A stretch of 64,000 nucleotides of DNA from an uncultured bacterium (GTDB lineage Bacteria > Abyssobacteria > SURF-5). Location: contig CAZSKP010000005.1 in NCBI GenBank assembly GCA_964607485.1, positions 32,001-96,000 of the forward strand, in the 5' to 3' direction. Positions 41,550 through 52,242 of this stretch are shown here, in pieces. The translations under genes and the position numbers were made by a program. How positions within the stretch are numbered: position 1 is the stretch's first letter; every line of letters begins with the position of its first letter. A model generated the notes under the pieces. The model searched no databases. It was not told the DNA's origin and saw only the letters and a program-made list of their open reading frames with translations.

Positions 41550-42224
41550 ATGGATGCGATGGAAGCGATCAGGAAAAGAAAGAGCATTCGCGCATACAAG
41601 CCGGAACCGGTGAGCAGGGAGGTAATCCTGGAGCTGCTCCGGGCGGCGGTTATGGCGCCCTCGGGCTCGAACTCTCAGCCGTGGAAATTCTATGTTGTTG
41701 GGGGACAGAGGAAGCAGCAGCTGGATGAATTGCTGCTCCGGTGTCTGCACGAAGGCCGCCCGACGAGCAACGAGCTTCACGTTCAGCGAGAGGGGGGCGA
41801 CGAGAAGACGCAAGAGCGGGTCAGCTCGCGCAGAACCGAATTGACACGGGCCATCATGGACATCCTCACGAAGAACGACCTGCCGATAGAGATGTTTGCA
41901 AAGGGGAGCTTCAGGTATTTCGGCGCGCCGGTAGCGATTTTCGTCGCGATGGACCAGTCCCTGGGCGAAAACTACCTTGTGGCCGTGGGCGCGGCGGTCG
42001 AAAACCTCATGCTTGTCGCCTGCGAGAAAGGGCTGGGCTCCTGCTGGATAGGGATGTCCCTCATGTACTCGAAGGAAATCAAGAAAGAGTTGGGCATTCC
42101 CGACACCGAGCGAATCGTCACGAGCCTGGCGCTCGGCTACCCCGACGACGAGGCCTCGATAAATACTTTCAAATCGACCAGAGATGCCCTCGATTCGTTC
42201 GTTGAATGGGTTGGGTGGGAATAG
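41550..42224 (+). CDS. Nitroreductase family protein
   Basis: RKSIRAY, APSGSNSQPW, NLMLVA..GLGSCW, LGYP. Confidence 0.93.
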   Translation: MDAMEAIRKRKSIRAYKPEPVSREVILELLRAAVMAPSGSNSQPWKFYVVGGQRKQQLDELLLRCLHEGRPTSNELHVQREGGDEKTQERVSSRRTELTRAIMDILTKNDLPIEMFAKGSFRYFGAPVAIFVAMDQSLGENYLVAVGAAVENLMLVACEKGLGSCWIGMSLMYSKEIKKELGIPDTERIVTSLALGYPDDEASINTFKSTRDALDSFVEWVGWE

Positions 42225-42270
42225 AATCTGCCCGGACGCGACCGACCTGATGCACGCAGCCGCCGGTAAA

Positions 42271-44997
42271 ATGACGGAATCTCCGAGGCGCAGCCGCCTT
42301 GTGCTGCTTGCGGCGCTCGTTCTCTGTCTCTCGATTGGGTGCAACCGGCGCGATCTCTCGAGGCCTGAGTACAAGTATGACAGGGAGAGAACATCGGAAG
42401 AGCTGCGTCGGCTCGAACAAATGACGGAGCTCGAAGAGGTGCTCGGACGCGACATCGAAAAGTTGAGCAAAATGTTGAAGAAGCGCGAGTCCGTCAAGTC
42501 GCTCCGGGAGATGCAGGATCTCCTTGTCCAATGCCGCGACGAATATCTTAAGGGATTGAAAGGTGAATCCGGCGTTCCTCTCGGGGGAATCGGGGCCGGA
42601 ACGGTCGAGCTGCGGCCCGACGGCGGCCTGCATGATTGGCGAATCGCCGGAAACTGGGACGTGGCCAAAGAGCCGGAGTTCTGCTACTTCGCCGTCCGAA
42701 CGCATTCGCCTCGCCGCGGCCCATCGACTCGCGTGTTGCAGAATTCGGACTGGGCGGGCCGGATGAAAACACAGGATATTGGATACGACGGCCGATTCCC
42801 CTTCGTCTTCCTCGACTATGGCTCTGGTCGGCAACCCGTCTCGACGCGCTGTGTCGTGTTCTCGCCGCTCATCCCGCACAACGCCGAAGACTCATGCCTC
42901 CCGCTCGCCTGTTTCAAGTTCACGCTGGAGAACACGTCGGCGGAAGATGTCCACGTGTCGATAATGTTTGCCGCCGGCATGTCCGACCTGATGGAGGGGG
43001 GCGCTGTCGATTTCGATCGGACTGAGGATATTTGGACGGTTAGCTACGGATCGGGCCGGGACGCGGTCGCCCTTTCGACCACTTTGCAAAATTCAAGCCA
43101 TGCAGCAGGCTGGCCGGGCGGTTTTCTGCCTCCGGAATTCGCTCGCACCGGAAGGCTCGGCGACGACGCCGGGAATGAGGACAACGGCCGGATCGCACTC
43201 TGCACGGAGCTTGACCTGAAACCCCATGAATCAAAGGACGCGCTGTTTCTCCTATCATGGTTTTTCCCCGACTTCAGGCAACGGCCGACGCGGAGCTACC
43301 AGATGGAGGTGAAGTTCAAAGAGTTGGGAACGACGCAGGAGGCCGAGGCCCGGAAATACTTTGGCCGAAGGTACAACCACTTCGGAAGCGCGAAAGGCGT
43401 GATACGGTATTTCGTGCAGAATCGTTCGCGGCTGGAAGATGCAACCAGGCAATGGCATGAACTCATTCAGAAGAGCACGCTCGACGATAAGCTCAAGCAT
43501 TTCCTCCCGAATTCCTTATACCCACTGTTCAAGACGTCGTTCTGGACGGAGAACGGGCTCTTCAATATTTTGGAGTCCACGAATGCCGCTCCCAACCTGG
43601 ATTGCGTTCACGTCAGATATTACGGCTCCATTCCGCTTGCGCTCATGTTTCCCGAGCTCGACAAGCAGGTCCTCAGGCGGCTGGCCCAGCACAGAGGCCC
43701 GTTCGGCGGCGAGAAGAAGGGCCAGATACCGGAACAGTTCTACGGCTTTTGCTTCGAGATACCCTTCGGACGCGCCCTGCTTCAGAACAACCTCGTGTTT
43801 GTGCTGATGGTGTATAGAGACTATGTGTGGACAGGCGATATGGAGTTCCTTCGCGAAATGTGGCCGGCGGTTGAGGAGGCGATGGCGCTGGCCGCGTCGG
43901 CCGATACCGATGCGGACGACCTGCCGGACGAGACCGGGATATTGCAGTCCTATGATGATTACGACATGGGCGACTCGTCGGCGTACATCTCGGGCATCTG
44001 GCTCGCCTCGCTCAGAGCGGCCGAGGAAATCGCTCTGGCAATGAACAAGCCGGAAGCCGCCAAAAATTTTCACGACTCATTTGTCGAGAGCCGCCAGTCG
44101 ATGGAAGACCTGCTTTGGGCGGGCGAATATTATGCTTTCACCGAGGGAGAAAGGGGAAAGGTCTGTTTTGCGGACATGCTCAATGGACAGTGGTACGCGG
44201 ACATGCTCGGCCTGGGCGATTTGCTCGACAGGGACCGGGTGCGAAGTTCGCTCGCGTCGGTTTTCAAATACAACTATCCCGCGACACCCTACGGCATCGT
44301 GAACGGCTTCTTGCCCGGGAGCGGGATAGATTTCCCCGAGCAGGCCGGCTACTTCCAGGCGCAGAGCGGCTCCGTTTGGACTGGCGCCACGTTCGCAGTC
44401 GCATCGCTGGGACTCTACCGGGGTTTTTATGATGAGCCGATGCGAGCGGTCGGCGAGGTCTATGACAACTATTCGACGCGTCTCGGAAACCTCTGGAACC
44501 TGCGCGAGGCCAACGACCCCGAATCGGGCCTGCCGATGGCCTGGCCGTATTATTACAGGGCGATGTCGCTGTGGTCCGTTCTGCTGGGAGTCGAGGGATT
44601 TCGGTACAACGCGCCGGAGGCGCGGCTGACCATAAGGCCGCCGGAAAAAGCAACTCACCTCAAAGCCCCGCTGATTGTACCGGGCGCGGTGGCCGAGGTG
44701 GAACTGGACGGAGAAGACGGCGAAACTCGTCTCTCCATAACGACTCACAGTGGTGCTCTCCGAGTCGAACAGGTCAGGATGCCCGGTGAAATCCCGGACG
44801 GAACGCCGGAGCATTCCGTCCGACTACGTGGGACTGCGGTAGATTCACAGCTCTCACACGACGGCGACGGACACGTCGTGACACTTTCACGAGCGCAGCA
44901 GATTCGTCCCAAGGAGACATTGGAAATAACCATTGAGGAAGGGCAAGCCGGAGTATTGAACGATGGACAAACAGCCCAAAATGCGAGAAGTAGATAG
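42271..44997 (+). CDS. GH116 (GBA2-like) glycoside hydrolase, predicted lipoprotein
   Basis: Lipobox LSIGC, GVPLGGIGAG, SPLIPHN..DS.LP, QSYD, D.LNGQWY, VWTG, YYRAMS.W. Start codon uncertain. Confidence 0.85.
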   Translation: MTESPRRSRLVLLAALVLCLSIGCNRRDLSRPEYKYDRERTSEELRRLEQMTELEEVLGRDIEKLSKMLKKRESVKSLREMQDLLVQCRDEYLKGLKGESGVPLGGIGAGTVELRPDGGLHDWRIAGNWDVAKEPEFCYFAVRTHSPRRGPSTRVLQNSDWAGRMKTQDIGYDGRFPFVFLDYGSGRQPVSTRCVVFSPLIPHNAEDSCLPLACFKFTLENTSAEDVHVSIMFAAGMSDLMEGGAVDFDRTEDIWTVSYGSGRDAVALSTTLQNSSHAAGWPGGFLPPEFARTGRLGDDAGNEDNGRIALCTELDLKPHESKDALFLLSWFFPDFRQRPTRSYQMEVKFKELGTTQEAEARKYFGRRYNHFGSAKGVIRYFVQNRSRLEDATRQWHELIQKSTLDDKLKHFLPNSLYPLFKTSFWTENGLFNILESTNAAPNLDCVHVRYYGSIPLALMFPELDKQVLRRLAQHRGPFGGEKKGQIPEQFYGFCFEIPFGRALLQNNLVFVLMVYRDYVWTGDMEFLREMWPAVEEAMALAASADTDADDLPDETGILQSYDDYDMGDSSAYISGIWLASLRAAEEIALAMNKPEAAKNFHDSFVESRQSMEDLLWAGEYYAFTEGERGKVCFADMLNGQWYADMLGLGDLLDRDRVRSSLASVFKYNYPATPYGIVNGFLPGSGIDFPEQAGYFQAQSGSVWTGATFAVASLGLYRGFYDEPMRAVGEVYDNYSTRLGNLWNLREANDPESGLPMAWPYYYRAMSLWSVLLGVEGFRYNAPEARLTIRPPEKATHLKAPLIVPGAVAEVELDGEDGETRLSITTHSGALRVEQVRMPGEIPDGTPEHSVRLRGTAVDSQLSHDGDGHVVTLSRAQQIRPKETLEITIEEGQAGVLNDGQTAQNARSR

Positions 44998-45928
44998 TGT
45001 CGAGATAACCACGCTGGTCGATAACACCGTCGACGCTTTGCTGGAGAGCGGCGACAACGTGAAGCGCGCTCCCAGAGTGCGTGACGGCGCGCCTGCCCCG
45101 CCGCTTCTGGCCGAGCACGGTTTCTCGGCCGTCATCCGCGTGGCCGATGGGGACGAAGCTCACACGATCCTGCTCGACGCCGGGTTCAGCGAGACCACGA
45201 TGCTTATCAACGCCGACCGGCTCGGTACAGACTTCACCGAAGTCGAGGCGGTCGTCATCAGTCACGGCCACGTCGATCACATCAAGGCATTGATGCCCGC
45301 GCTCGAACGCCTGCGTGCCGGCACCCCCATAGTGATACACCCGCACGCTTTCCGGCCTCGCATCATAAAGATTCCCGGTGGCGCCCAGGTAAGGATGACG
45401 CCTCTCGACCCAGCGGCGCTCGAAGGGGCGGGAGCGAGAATAGTACGGGAGGAAGGCCCGTCATCGGTGGCCGACGGAATGATTCTCGTGACCGGCCAGA
45501 TTCCGCGGACCACGGAGTTTGAATTCGGCTTCCCGGTGCAATACGCCGTCGTTGACGGGGTCGAGCAGCACGACCCGCTCACCCCCGACGACCAGGCGCT
45601 CGTTGCTGCCGTCAGGGGAAAAGGGCTTGTGATAATCTCAGGATGCGCGCACGCCGGAATCATCAACACGGTGAACTACGCCCGTGAGCTGACCGGCGTG
45701 GAAAAAGTGCACGCGGTCGTCGGGGGTTTTCATCTGGCGGGGCCATTGTACGAATCGATCATCGACCCGACAGTTGCCGCAATCGAGCGAATCGCCCCCG
45801 ATTTTCTCCTGCCCACTCATTGCACGGGATATAAGGCGGTACACGAGTTTGCCCGGCGGATGCCCGACGCGTTCATCCAGAACAGCGTCGGCACCCGATT
45901 GATCTTCGGCTCTCTCCCAAACGCTTAA
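44963..45928 (+). CDS. MBL-fold metallohydrolase (DHPS-like MBL subfamily)
   Basis: AEHGFS, SHGHVDH, SGCAHAGIIN, GGFHL, PTHCTG. Confidence 0.9.
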   Translation: MDKQPKMREVDSVEITTLVDNTVDALLESGDNVKRAPRVRDGAPAPPLLAEHGFSAVIRVADGDEAHTILLDAGFSETTMLINADRLGTDFTEVEAVVISHGHVDHIKALMPALERLRAGTPIVIHPHAFRPRIIKIPGGAQVRMTPLDPAALEGAGARIVREEGPSSVADGMILVTGQIPRTTEFEFGFPVQYAVVDGVEQHDPLTPDDQALVAAVRGKGLVIISGCAHAGIINTVNYARELTGVEKVHAVVGGFHLAGPLYESIIDPTVAAIERIAPDFLLPTHCTGYKAVHEFARRMPDAFIQNSVGTRLIFGSLPNA

Positions 45929-45942
45929 CGCGGAAAGGAGCG

Positions 45943-46956
45943 ATGGAAATGTTCGACAGGGAAAAATGCGACCTGTGCGGCGATTGTCTCGTGGAGTGCA
46001 AGTACACCGATTACGACCGCGAGAGCGCAATCGCCGAGATGACCGCGCTTGTCGAGGGACGCCCGACCGACATCGTCAAGCAGTGCATCACATGCGCGGC
46101 CTGCAACGAAGTCTGCGAGAAGGGAGCGAACCCGTTCGACCTCATTTGTGAGACTCAAGAGAAGACCGGTGCGCTCAACGTGCCGGAGGCGGTCGTCGCG
46201 ATGTTCGATTCAATGTGCAAAGGACGCAACGAGGTCCGCAAGGGCGCTCCCGGCAAGCCCGCCCTCTCCTCGTGCATCATCGGGCCGGCGCTGCCGCGGC
46301 CGCTTGAGGGCTCGCTTTTCGACGACCTCACTCGTATTCGGGGCGAGGACTACTTTTGCTACATCGGCTGGGTTCATCTGGGCATGTCGAGCCCGCTGGA
46401 GAAGGGTATCCAATCCTTCATTGACAACTTGGCCGCGACGGGGGAAAAGGAGATAGTGTTCGTGCACGACGACTGCTATGCCACCGTCACGAGCCAGGCG
46501 AAGCAATACGGCATCGACGTGCCGTTCCGTCCCATCCACGTACTCGAATACCTGCGCGACCAGATGAAAGCGCGGAAGAGCGACATCAAGAAGCTGAACA
46601 TGAAGATCGCATACCAGCGCCCGTGCGCCTCGCGCTACACTCCCGAGAAGGAGCCGATGGTCGATGAATTGTTCGATTTGATCGGCGTGGAGCGGGTCGC
46701 GCGAAAGTACGACCGCAAGGACGCGCTCTGCTGCGGATTGCCGCTGATGTTCCGTGATATGGAAAGGGGAGCGGAAATCCAGGCGAGGAATCTCGACGAC
46801 GCCAAACAGGCCGGCGCCACCGCGATGACGTTCCTCTGCCCCGTCTGTATCCGCGGCCTGGGCACCGGCAGCATCGAACGCGGGCTCGACATATACATGG
46901 TAGGCGACCTGTGCCGGCTCGCGCTTGGGGAACAGATACCGGAGTATTCGCCGTAG
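45943..46956 (+). CDS. Fe-S oxidoreductase with ferredoxin and CCG-like domains
   Basis: CDLCGDCLVEC, CITCAACNEVC, QRPC, LCCG, CPVC. Confidence 0.85.
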   Translation: MEMFDREKCDLCGDCLVECKYTDYDRESAIAEMTALVEGRPTDIVKQCITCAACNEVCEKGANPFDLICETQEKTGALNVPEAVVAMFDSMCKGRNEVRKGAPGKPALSSCIIGPALPRPLEGSLFDDLTRIRGEDYFCYIGWVHLGMSSPLEKGIQSFIDNLAATGEKEIVFVHDDCYATVTSQAKQYGIDVPFRPIHVLEYLRDQMKARKSDIKKLNMKIAYQRPCASRYTPEKEPMVDELFDLIGVERVARKYDRKDALCCGLPLMFRDMERGAEIQARNLDDAKQAGATAMTFLCPVCIRGLGTGSIERGLDIYMVGDLCRLALGEQIPEYSP

Positions 46957-47109
46957 CGCTTTGTTGACTGTATTTTCGGCCGTCGATTCGTTCTCATAGA
47001 AGCTTCCGGCCGCGAGGCGCTGCGCCTGATTCTGCATTTGCGCTTCCGGATTTTTCAGGGTAATATAGAGAATCATGGGGACCAGGCGGAAAGGCGGAGG
47101 GCTTTAATC

Positions 47110-48255
47110 ATGAAGGGTAAACAATCCACGGTCGTAATTATCGTAGTAGTTGTCGCCGTTTTGATTGTCATCGGCCTGCTTTACCGGAGGTCCGCCGAAA
47201 GGCAGAGGAAGGCCGAAGAAGACAAACAAGCCACAGAGCAGGCGCGTCTGGCAAGGGAGGCGCAGGCGAAACGAGAGAGGATGGAAGCCGGGAAAGTCCC
47301 CGAAGCGCCGGCTGTTCCCGCTCCCGAGGAGGCCGCCCCGTCCGAACCCACGGAGCCGGCTAAGCCGCTCCCGTTCGAACCGGTCCCGATCGAACCTGCC
47401 GTTGAGGTCCCGATGCCTCCTCCAATCTCCGATGCGAAGTGCACACCCGACTCTCCGGCCATGGTCAAGAAGAGACAGGCTGCCGTTCCCGAGGGAATGG
47501 TGTATGTTTCGAGCGGGGTGTTCATCATGGGCAGCTCGCCCGATGCGGGCTACACCGACGAAACGCCGGCTCACCGCGTGTGTCTCAGCGGCTTCTATAT
47601 CGATAAGTACGAGGTAACCAACGCCCAGTTTAAGAAGTTTGTGGATGCCACCGGCTATGTCACGGATGCGGAAAAGGACGTCGCATCCCAGGGCGGTCGC
47701 ACCTGGCGCCACCCTTACGGTCCCGAATCGAATGCGGACGATATGCCCAATTATCCCGTCCTCTGCGTGAGCTGGAACGACGCGAACGCCTATGCAAACT
47801 GGGCCGGGAAGAGACTCCCGACCGAGGCCGAGTGGGAAAAGGCCGCGCGCGGAACCGACGGCCGGATCTACCCGTGGGGAAACGCGGAGCCTAATGCGGC
47901 ATCGGCGAACATAGCCGATAAGAGCACAGGGCTCAAGTGGAGCAACGCATCTCTCGACGATAAACACAAGACGGCGGCGCCCGTGGGAAGCTTTCCCGGC
48001 GGAAAGAGCGCTTACGGGGCAGAGGACATGGCGGGCAACGTGTGGGAATGGTGTCTCGACTGGTGGGACAGCGATTTTTATAAGAACAGTCCCTCGCAGA
48101 ATCCGACCGGTCCGCAGGCGGGAGAATTCAAAGTCATACGCGGCGGCTCGTGGTTTTACAACGCCGCCGGAGCGAAGGCGGCCCGCAGGATGTACTTCAG
48201 GCCGACGGGCAGCAGCGCCGCCATCGGATTCCGTTGCGTCAAGGATGTGGGATAG
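47110..48255 (+). CDS. Membrane-anchored FGE-sulfatase (SUMF1/EgtB/PvdO) domain protein
   Basis: N-terminal TM, Pro-rich linker, F.MGS, YEVTN, RLPTEAEWEKAARG, GNVWEW, RGGSW, GFRC. Confidence 0.9.
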   Translation: MKGKQSTVVIIVVVVAVLIVIGLLYRRSAERQRKAEEDKQATEQARLAREAQAKRERMEAGKVPEAPAVPAPEEAAPSEPTEPAKPLPFEPVPIEPAVEVPMPPPISDAKCTPDSPAMVKKRQAAVPEGMVYVSSGVFIMGSSPDAGYTDETPAHRVCLSGFYIDKYEVTNAQFKKFVDATGYVTDAEKDVASQGGRTWRHPYGPESNADDMPNYPVLCVSWNDANAYANWAGKRLPTEAEWEKAARGTDGRIYPWGNAEPNAASANIADKSTGLKWSNASLDDKHKTAAPVGSFPGGKSAYGAEDMAGNVWEWCLDWWDSDFYKNSPSQNPTGPQAGEFKVIRGGSWFYNAAGAKAARRMYFRPTGSSAAIGFRCVKDVG

Positions 48256-48276
48256 AATTCCACTGGAGCGATTGAT

Positions 48277-49071
48277 ATGCGAGTGCGTTGGAGATATCTG
48301 GTCGCGGCCACGCTGGTTGCGTCGGCGCTTGGATGCGCCTCTCTGCCTCTGACGGAACGGCCGGAGATCGAAGCTGTTCGTCCGCGGATAAGCGGCATCG
48401 ATTTTCAGGGAGTGAACATGGCCTTCGACGTCGATGTCCGCAACCCTTATCCTCTTCCCCTTCGCACACCCCGCTTTCGATATGGAATTGATATAGAAGG
48501 TTCCAGATTCTTCGATTCAGAGGCCGCATCCGGTATCGACCTCCCCGCAAGCGGAGTGGGCACCGTGACACTGCCCATGCGACTGTCTTACTCCGACCTG
48601 TGGCGTACCTATGGGAACCTCGCCGGCGCTTCCCAGGCTGACTATACCCTTCGCGGCGCACTGCTAATTCCCGTCGCAGGACGGTCGCTGGAGCTTCCCC
48701 TCTCACACAGCGGAACATTTCCCATTCTTCGACCGCCCACGTTCTCGGACATCAAGGTTCAGCTTGGCGATGTTTCTCTCACCAGGGCAGGAGTGAGCGT
48801 TGACGCGGTGATGAAAAACCCCAATGCCTTCGCTCTGGGTCTGGAACACCTCGGTTATGCGCTCAAACTGGGCGACGCCAAGCTAGGCGGCCTCACGGCG
48901 ACAACCGCCAGCACACTGGCCGCCGGCCAGACGGGACGGATGACTCTCTCGGGCGAGGTTTCTGCGGCAAGCGCCTTGTTCAACATGCTCATGAGTGGAG
49001 GCAAGGGCGGGGCGGAAATTGTCCCGTCAGGGTCGATCCAAACACCGTATGGAACGGTGAAACTTCCATGA
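48277..49071 (+). CDS. LEA_2 (WHy) domain lipoprotein with two domains
   Basis: Lipobox ALGC and two V.NPN/Y motifs. Confidence 0.82.
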   Translation: MRVRWRYLVAATLVASALGCASLPLTERPEIEAVRPRISGIDFQGVNMAFDVDVRNPYPLPLRTPRFRYGIDIEGSRFFDSEAASGIDLPASGVGTVTLPMRLSYSDLWRTYGNLAGASQADYTLRGALLIPVAGRSLELPLSHSGTFPILRPPTFSDIKVQLGDVSLTRAGVSVDAVMKNPNAFALGLEHLGYALKLGDAKLGGLTATTASTLAAGQTGRMTLSGEVSAASALFNMLMSGGKGGAEIVPSGSIQTPYGTVKLP

Positions 49072-49152
49072 CGAGGCCGAAGCGAGCCCCGATGAGTATG
49101 GGTGGAAGCGGCGTGGACGGACTGCCTAGTTTCTGAGAAGAAGGAAATAGGA

Positions 49153-50196
49153 ATGGACGCGTTGGTGAAGCTGAGCAGCGTGGTGGGGCTTTCTCTCACC
49201 TCGGGGATAAATCTCTACGCGACCGTGGCTGTCGTGGGGCTCGTCACGAAGTTCGACATGATAAAGGGACTGCCTCCCGAATTCCAGGCATTCAACAATA
49301 ACTTCATTATTATCCTCGCCATAGTTCTCTACCTTTGCGAATTTGCAGCCGACAAGATTCCCGCCTTCGACACCGTCTGGGACAGCGTGCACACCATAAT
49401 TCGACCGTTCGGAGCGGCATTGGTCTCGCTGGCAGCCGTCGGCGAGGCAGGCCCGTCGGTAGAGGTCGGCGTCGCACTGCTCGGCGCGAGCCTTGCGCTG
49501 GCCACCCACACGGCGAAGGCGGGCACCCGGCTGGTGGTCAATACCAGTCCCGAGCCGTTCTCGAATATCGCCCTCAGCCTCGCGGAGGACGTAGGAGTGG
49601 TGGGGATGTCGCTTCTCGTCATGTCTCACCCAATTATCTCGCTTGTGGTCAGCCTGGTAGTCCTGGTTCTCCTTATAAAGTTCGGACCCGGGCTGTGGAG
49701 AGGAGCCATCCTGATTGTCAGGGCGATTCCGGCAAAACTCTTCTCGGGAGCATCCGGCGGGGGAGAAGCGGGGCTGAAAGAATTTCTGCCTGATAGCATC
49801 GAGGAGGCGATCGACGCTGAGACGTCAAAGAACGAAGAAGTTCAGGCTTCCATGAAATGCTTCGCGCGTAAGGTGAAGGGATGCGGAAGAAATAAGAAGG
49901 GATACCTCGTCCTGACCGATAACCGGCTGCTCTTTGCGTTTCGAAAATTTTTCAGAACGAGAGTGAAGCAGTGGAAGCTCGCGGACGTGGACAAGGTAAG
50001 GCTGAACAGGAGATTCCTGTTGGATGTGCTCGGAGTCAAGAGCGAGGGAAGATTCCTGCAGTTCATCTTCCTGAAGAACAAGTCCGCTTCCGCCGGCCGA
50101 CTGTGCGAAGTGCTGGATGAAAAGCTCGGCCGCCCGGATTCAAGAGAAGTCGCGCCGGGAGAGGCGGCGAGCGGCGCTGATATCGCCGGCGAATAG
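49153..50196 (+). CDS. DUF4126 membrane protein with C-terminal PH-like extension
   Basis: SGINLYAT, EFAADKIP..D..WD..HT.IRP, NTSPEPFSN..SL.ED. Confidence 0.85.
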   Translation: MDALVKLSSVVGLSLTSGINLYATVAVVGLVTKFDMIKGLPPEFQAFNNNFIIILAIVLYLCEFAADKIPAFDTVWDSVHTIIRPFGAALVSLAAVGEAGPSVEVGVALLGASLALATHTAKAGTRLVVNTSPEPFSNIALSLAEDVGVVGMSLLVMSHPIISLVVSLVVLVLLIKFGPGLWRGAILIVRAIPAKLFSGASGGGEAGLKEFLPDSIEEAIDAETSKNEEVQASMKCFARKVKGCGRNKKGYLVLTDNRLLFAFRKFFRTRVKQWKLADVDKVRLNRRFLLDVLGVKSEGRFLQFIFLKNKSASAGRLCEVLDEKLGRPDSREVAPGEAASGADIAGE

Positions 50197-50204
50197 TCCC
50201 CCCA

Positions 50205-50972
50205 TCAGTACAGAAGCCTGCTCCATTGCAGTAGTCCCATGAACACGAGCGCCGCCGACATTGCGACGCCGAAGAGCACGTCAACCCCGCCAATTGAAAA
50301 ATCGTCCATTGCGTAGAACTTTCCCTTGAAACCTCGACATAACATGGCGGCATAGACTGCCTGCGCGCTTTCGTAACTGCTCACCAAAAGCATCCCCACC
50401 ATGTTCGCGTACGACCGATACGTATGCAGGTTGGCGCCGGGCCGGAAGCAGCGCACCTTCATCGAGGCCCTGAGCCGCAGATACTCGCGGTTTATCACGC
50501 CGAGATACCGAAGCATGAAGAGGAGCACGTGGATTATCTTTTCGGGAACGTGCAGCCTGCCGAGGGCGCGGCCGATGTCGGTCAGGTGTGTCGTCGAGAG
50601 AAGAGCGATGCACGTGAGGACGATGGCGTTCGATTTAACGGTGATGAGGAGCGCGTAGGCAGCCCCTTCGCGCGAGAACGCCAGCGGGCCGACGTGGAAC
50701 ACGACCTCGCCGGGATAGGTGAACGGCAGCATGAGCCACAACAGAAGCATGAACCCGTTGACGAGCAGCATTCGATACGCGATCGCCCGGGCGGGCAGCC
50801 TCGCCACCGAGGCGAGCACAACCGCCAGCCCCAGTGCCAGCATCAGCGCGGGAAAGCGGTCTGCCACGGCCGTCAAGATTGAAAAAGCTACGGCGGCGAC
50901 GATTTTCACCCGCGGGTCGAGCCGGTGAACGAAAGAATCACCGTCGGCAAACGTTTCTTCCAGCATGCTCAT
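50205..50972 (-). CDS. cbiQ: ECF transporter T component (CbiQ/NikQ)
   Basis: HRLDPRVK, F..RY, KVRCF, AMLCRGF. Confidence 0.92.
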   Translation of the reverse strand: MSMLEETFADGDSFVHRLDPRVKIVAAVAFSILTAVADRFPALMLALGLAVVLASVARLPARAIAYRMLLVNGFMLLLWLMLPFTYPGEVVFHVGPLAFSREGAAYALLITVKSNAIVLTCIALLSTTHLTDIGRALGRLHVPEKIIHVLLFMLRYLGVINREYLRLRASMKVRCFRPGANLHTYRSYANMVGMLLVSSYESAQAVYAAMLCRGFKGKFYAMDDFSIGGVDVLFGVAMSAALVFMGLLQWSRLLY

Positions 50973-51631
50973 TATTGCCGCCTCTGGAGTCGTCTGCTGC
51001 GAAAATACAGCGCCAATCCCATCAAACCGATAATATAACCGATCCCGCCGACGATGTCGGAAAACCTCTCCCTGTCCTTGGATTCCTCGATGGCTCTGCG
51101 AATGGGCGCCAACTGTCGGGCGAGCGCTTCATCGATGGCCCGTTCAATGTCAGTCATGGCGGGTGTGGGCTCTATCGGTGCATCCTCAGGTTTTGCTGTG
51201 GGCTCTTTCGGAACCCCCGCGGGTGGAGCTTCAGGAGCCGTTCCCGTGGGTATATCCTCAGGCAGGCCGCCGGGAAGTTCGCTCGCCTGAATCGTGTATT
51301 CAGCCCTGTGGCCCATCGACGCAGTGAGGCGTATCAGCAGGTTCGCCCTGACCGGAGGATGGAACGAAAACGTGCCTTCGGCGTCGGTCTTGCCTTCGAG
51401 GAGTTTCTTCCCCTTGTCATCGAACACCTCGATGGTCGAGTCGCGGCATTTGCGCCCGTCGTTGAAGTAGCTTTCGGTAACCACGTTATCACCTTCCACG
51501 TAGGCGAACACGTTTACCTTGTGAGCCCACGCGGTCGATGGCGCGAGAAGCCCGGTGAGTAAACAGATGACCATGAGGGAGAATATTCTCGAACACCGAC
51601 TTCTACGTCTTGCTGAACTGAGAGTGGGCAT
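50972..51631 (-). CDS. Accessory Ni/Co transporter component (NikL/CbiL-like)
   Basis: Signal peptide then AH-KVNVFA, GKTDAEG.F, GH, and a C-terminal TM (DIVGGIGYIIGL). Confidence 0.75.
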   Translation of the reverse strand: MPTLSSARRRSRCSRIFSLMVICLLTGLLAPSTAWAHKVNVFAYVEGDNVVTESYFNDGRKCRDSTIEVFDDKGKKLLEGKTDAEGTFSFHPPVRANLLIRLTASMGHRAEYTIQASELPGGLPEDIPTGTAPEAPPAGVPKEPTAKPEDAPIEPTPAMTDIERAIDEALARQLAPIRRAIEESKDRERFSDIVGGIGYIIGLMGLALYFRSRRLQRRQ

Positions 51632-52235
51632 AGGGCGCCTCCAGGATTTCCGGCTTGACCTTTTTCAGGAAGCCAACAACGAAAGTGGTCACCACTCCCT
51701 CGACAACCATTACGGGCAGGTGTGCGACCAACACGACCTTTGCGACTTCCAGGAACGATTCCTCCGACCAGACGAGTGAAAGTGCGACCATCAGGCCGCT
51801 CAACAGGATGGCGATGGCGCCGCACGCGAACGCTGCCGTCGCCGATACAAAAGCGCGCGAGCTGTGAATGAAGCGTCCGAACAGCAGAAAGCATATCACT
51901 GCGGGTAGGGCCATGTTCAGCGTATTTACGCCGAGCGTCGTCAGGCCGCCGAATTGAAACATGATCCCCTGCAGGAATAGAGCCACCAAAATCGCAGGGA
52001 AAGCCTCCCAGCCGAGCAACACTCCTGCGAGCCCGTTGAGCACCAGATGAACGCTCACAAAGGGGCCGACGGGCAAGTGTATGAGCGACGCCACGAAGAA
52101 CGCGCACGAGACGAGCGCCACCTGAGGAACCCGCTCGTAATCCATTTTCTTCAAGGCGTAGGCGACGCCGGCGGCGGTCAAACCACCGCCGGCAACCAGG
52201 ACTGCGGGCGATAAAACGCCTTCGGAAATGTGCAT
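51603..52235 (-). CDS. cbiM: ECF transporter S component (CbiM/NikM)
   Basis: N-terminal MHISEG, SVH, LQ..F.FGG.T.LG.N, H...EG. Confidence 0.94.
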   Translation of the reverse strand: MHISEGVLSPAVLVAGGGLTAAGVAYALKKMDYERVPQVALVSCAFFVASLIHLPVGPFVSVHLVLNGLAGVLLGWEAFPAILVALFLQGIMFQFGGLTTLGVNTLNMALPAVICFLLFGRFIHSSRAFVSATAAFACGAIAILLSGLMVALSLVWSEESFLEVAKVVLVAHLPVMVVEGVVTTFVVGFLKKVKPEILEAPYAHSQFSKT

Positions 52236-52242
52236 CGCCTTA

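Noticed and set aside
47110-48255. True formylglycine-generating enzyme for the sulfatase
   Set aside because: It lacks the catalytic Cys pair after RGGSW (reads FYNAAGAK).
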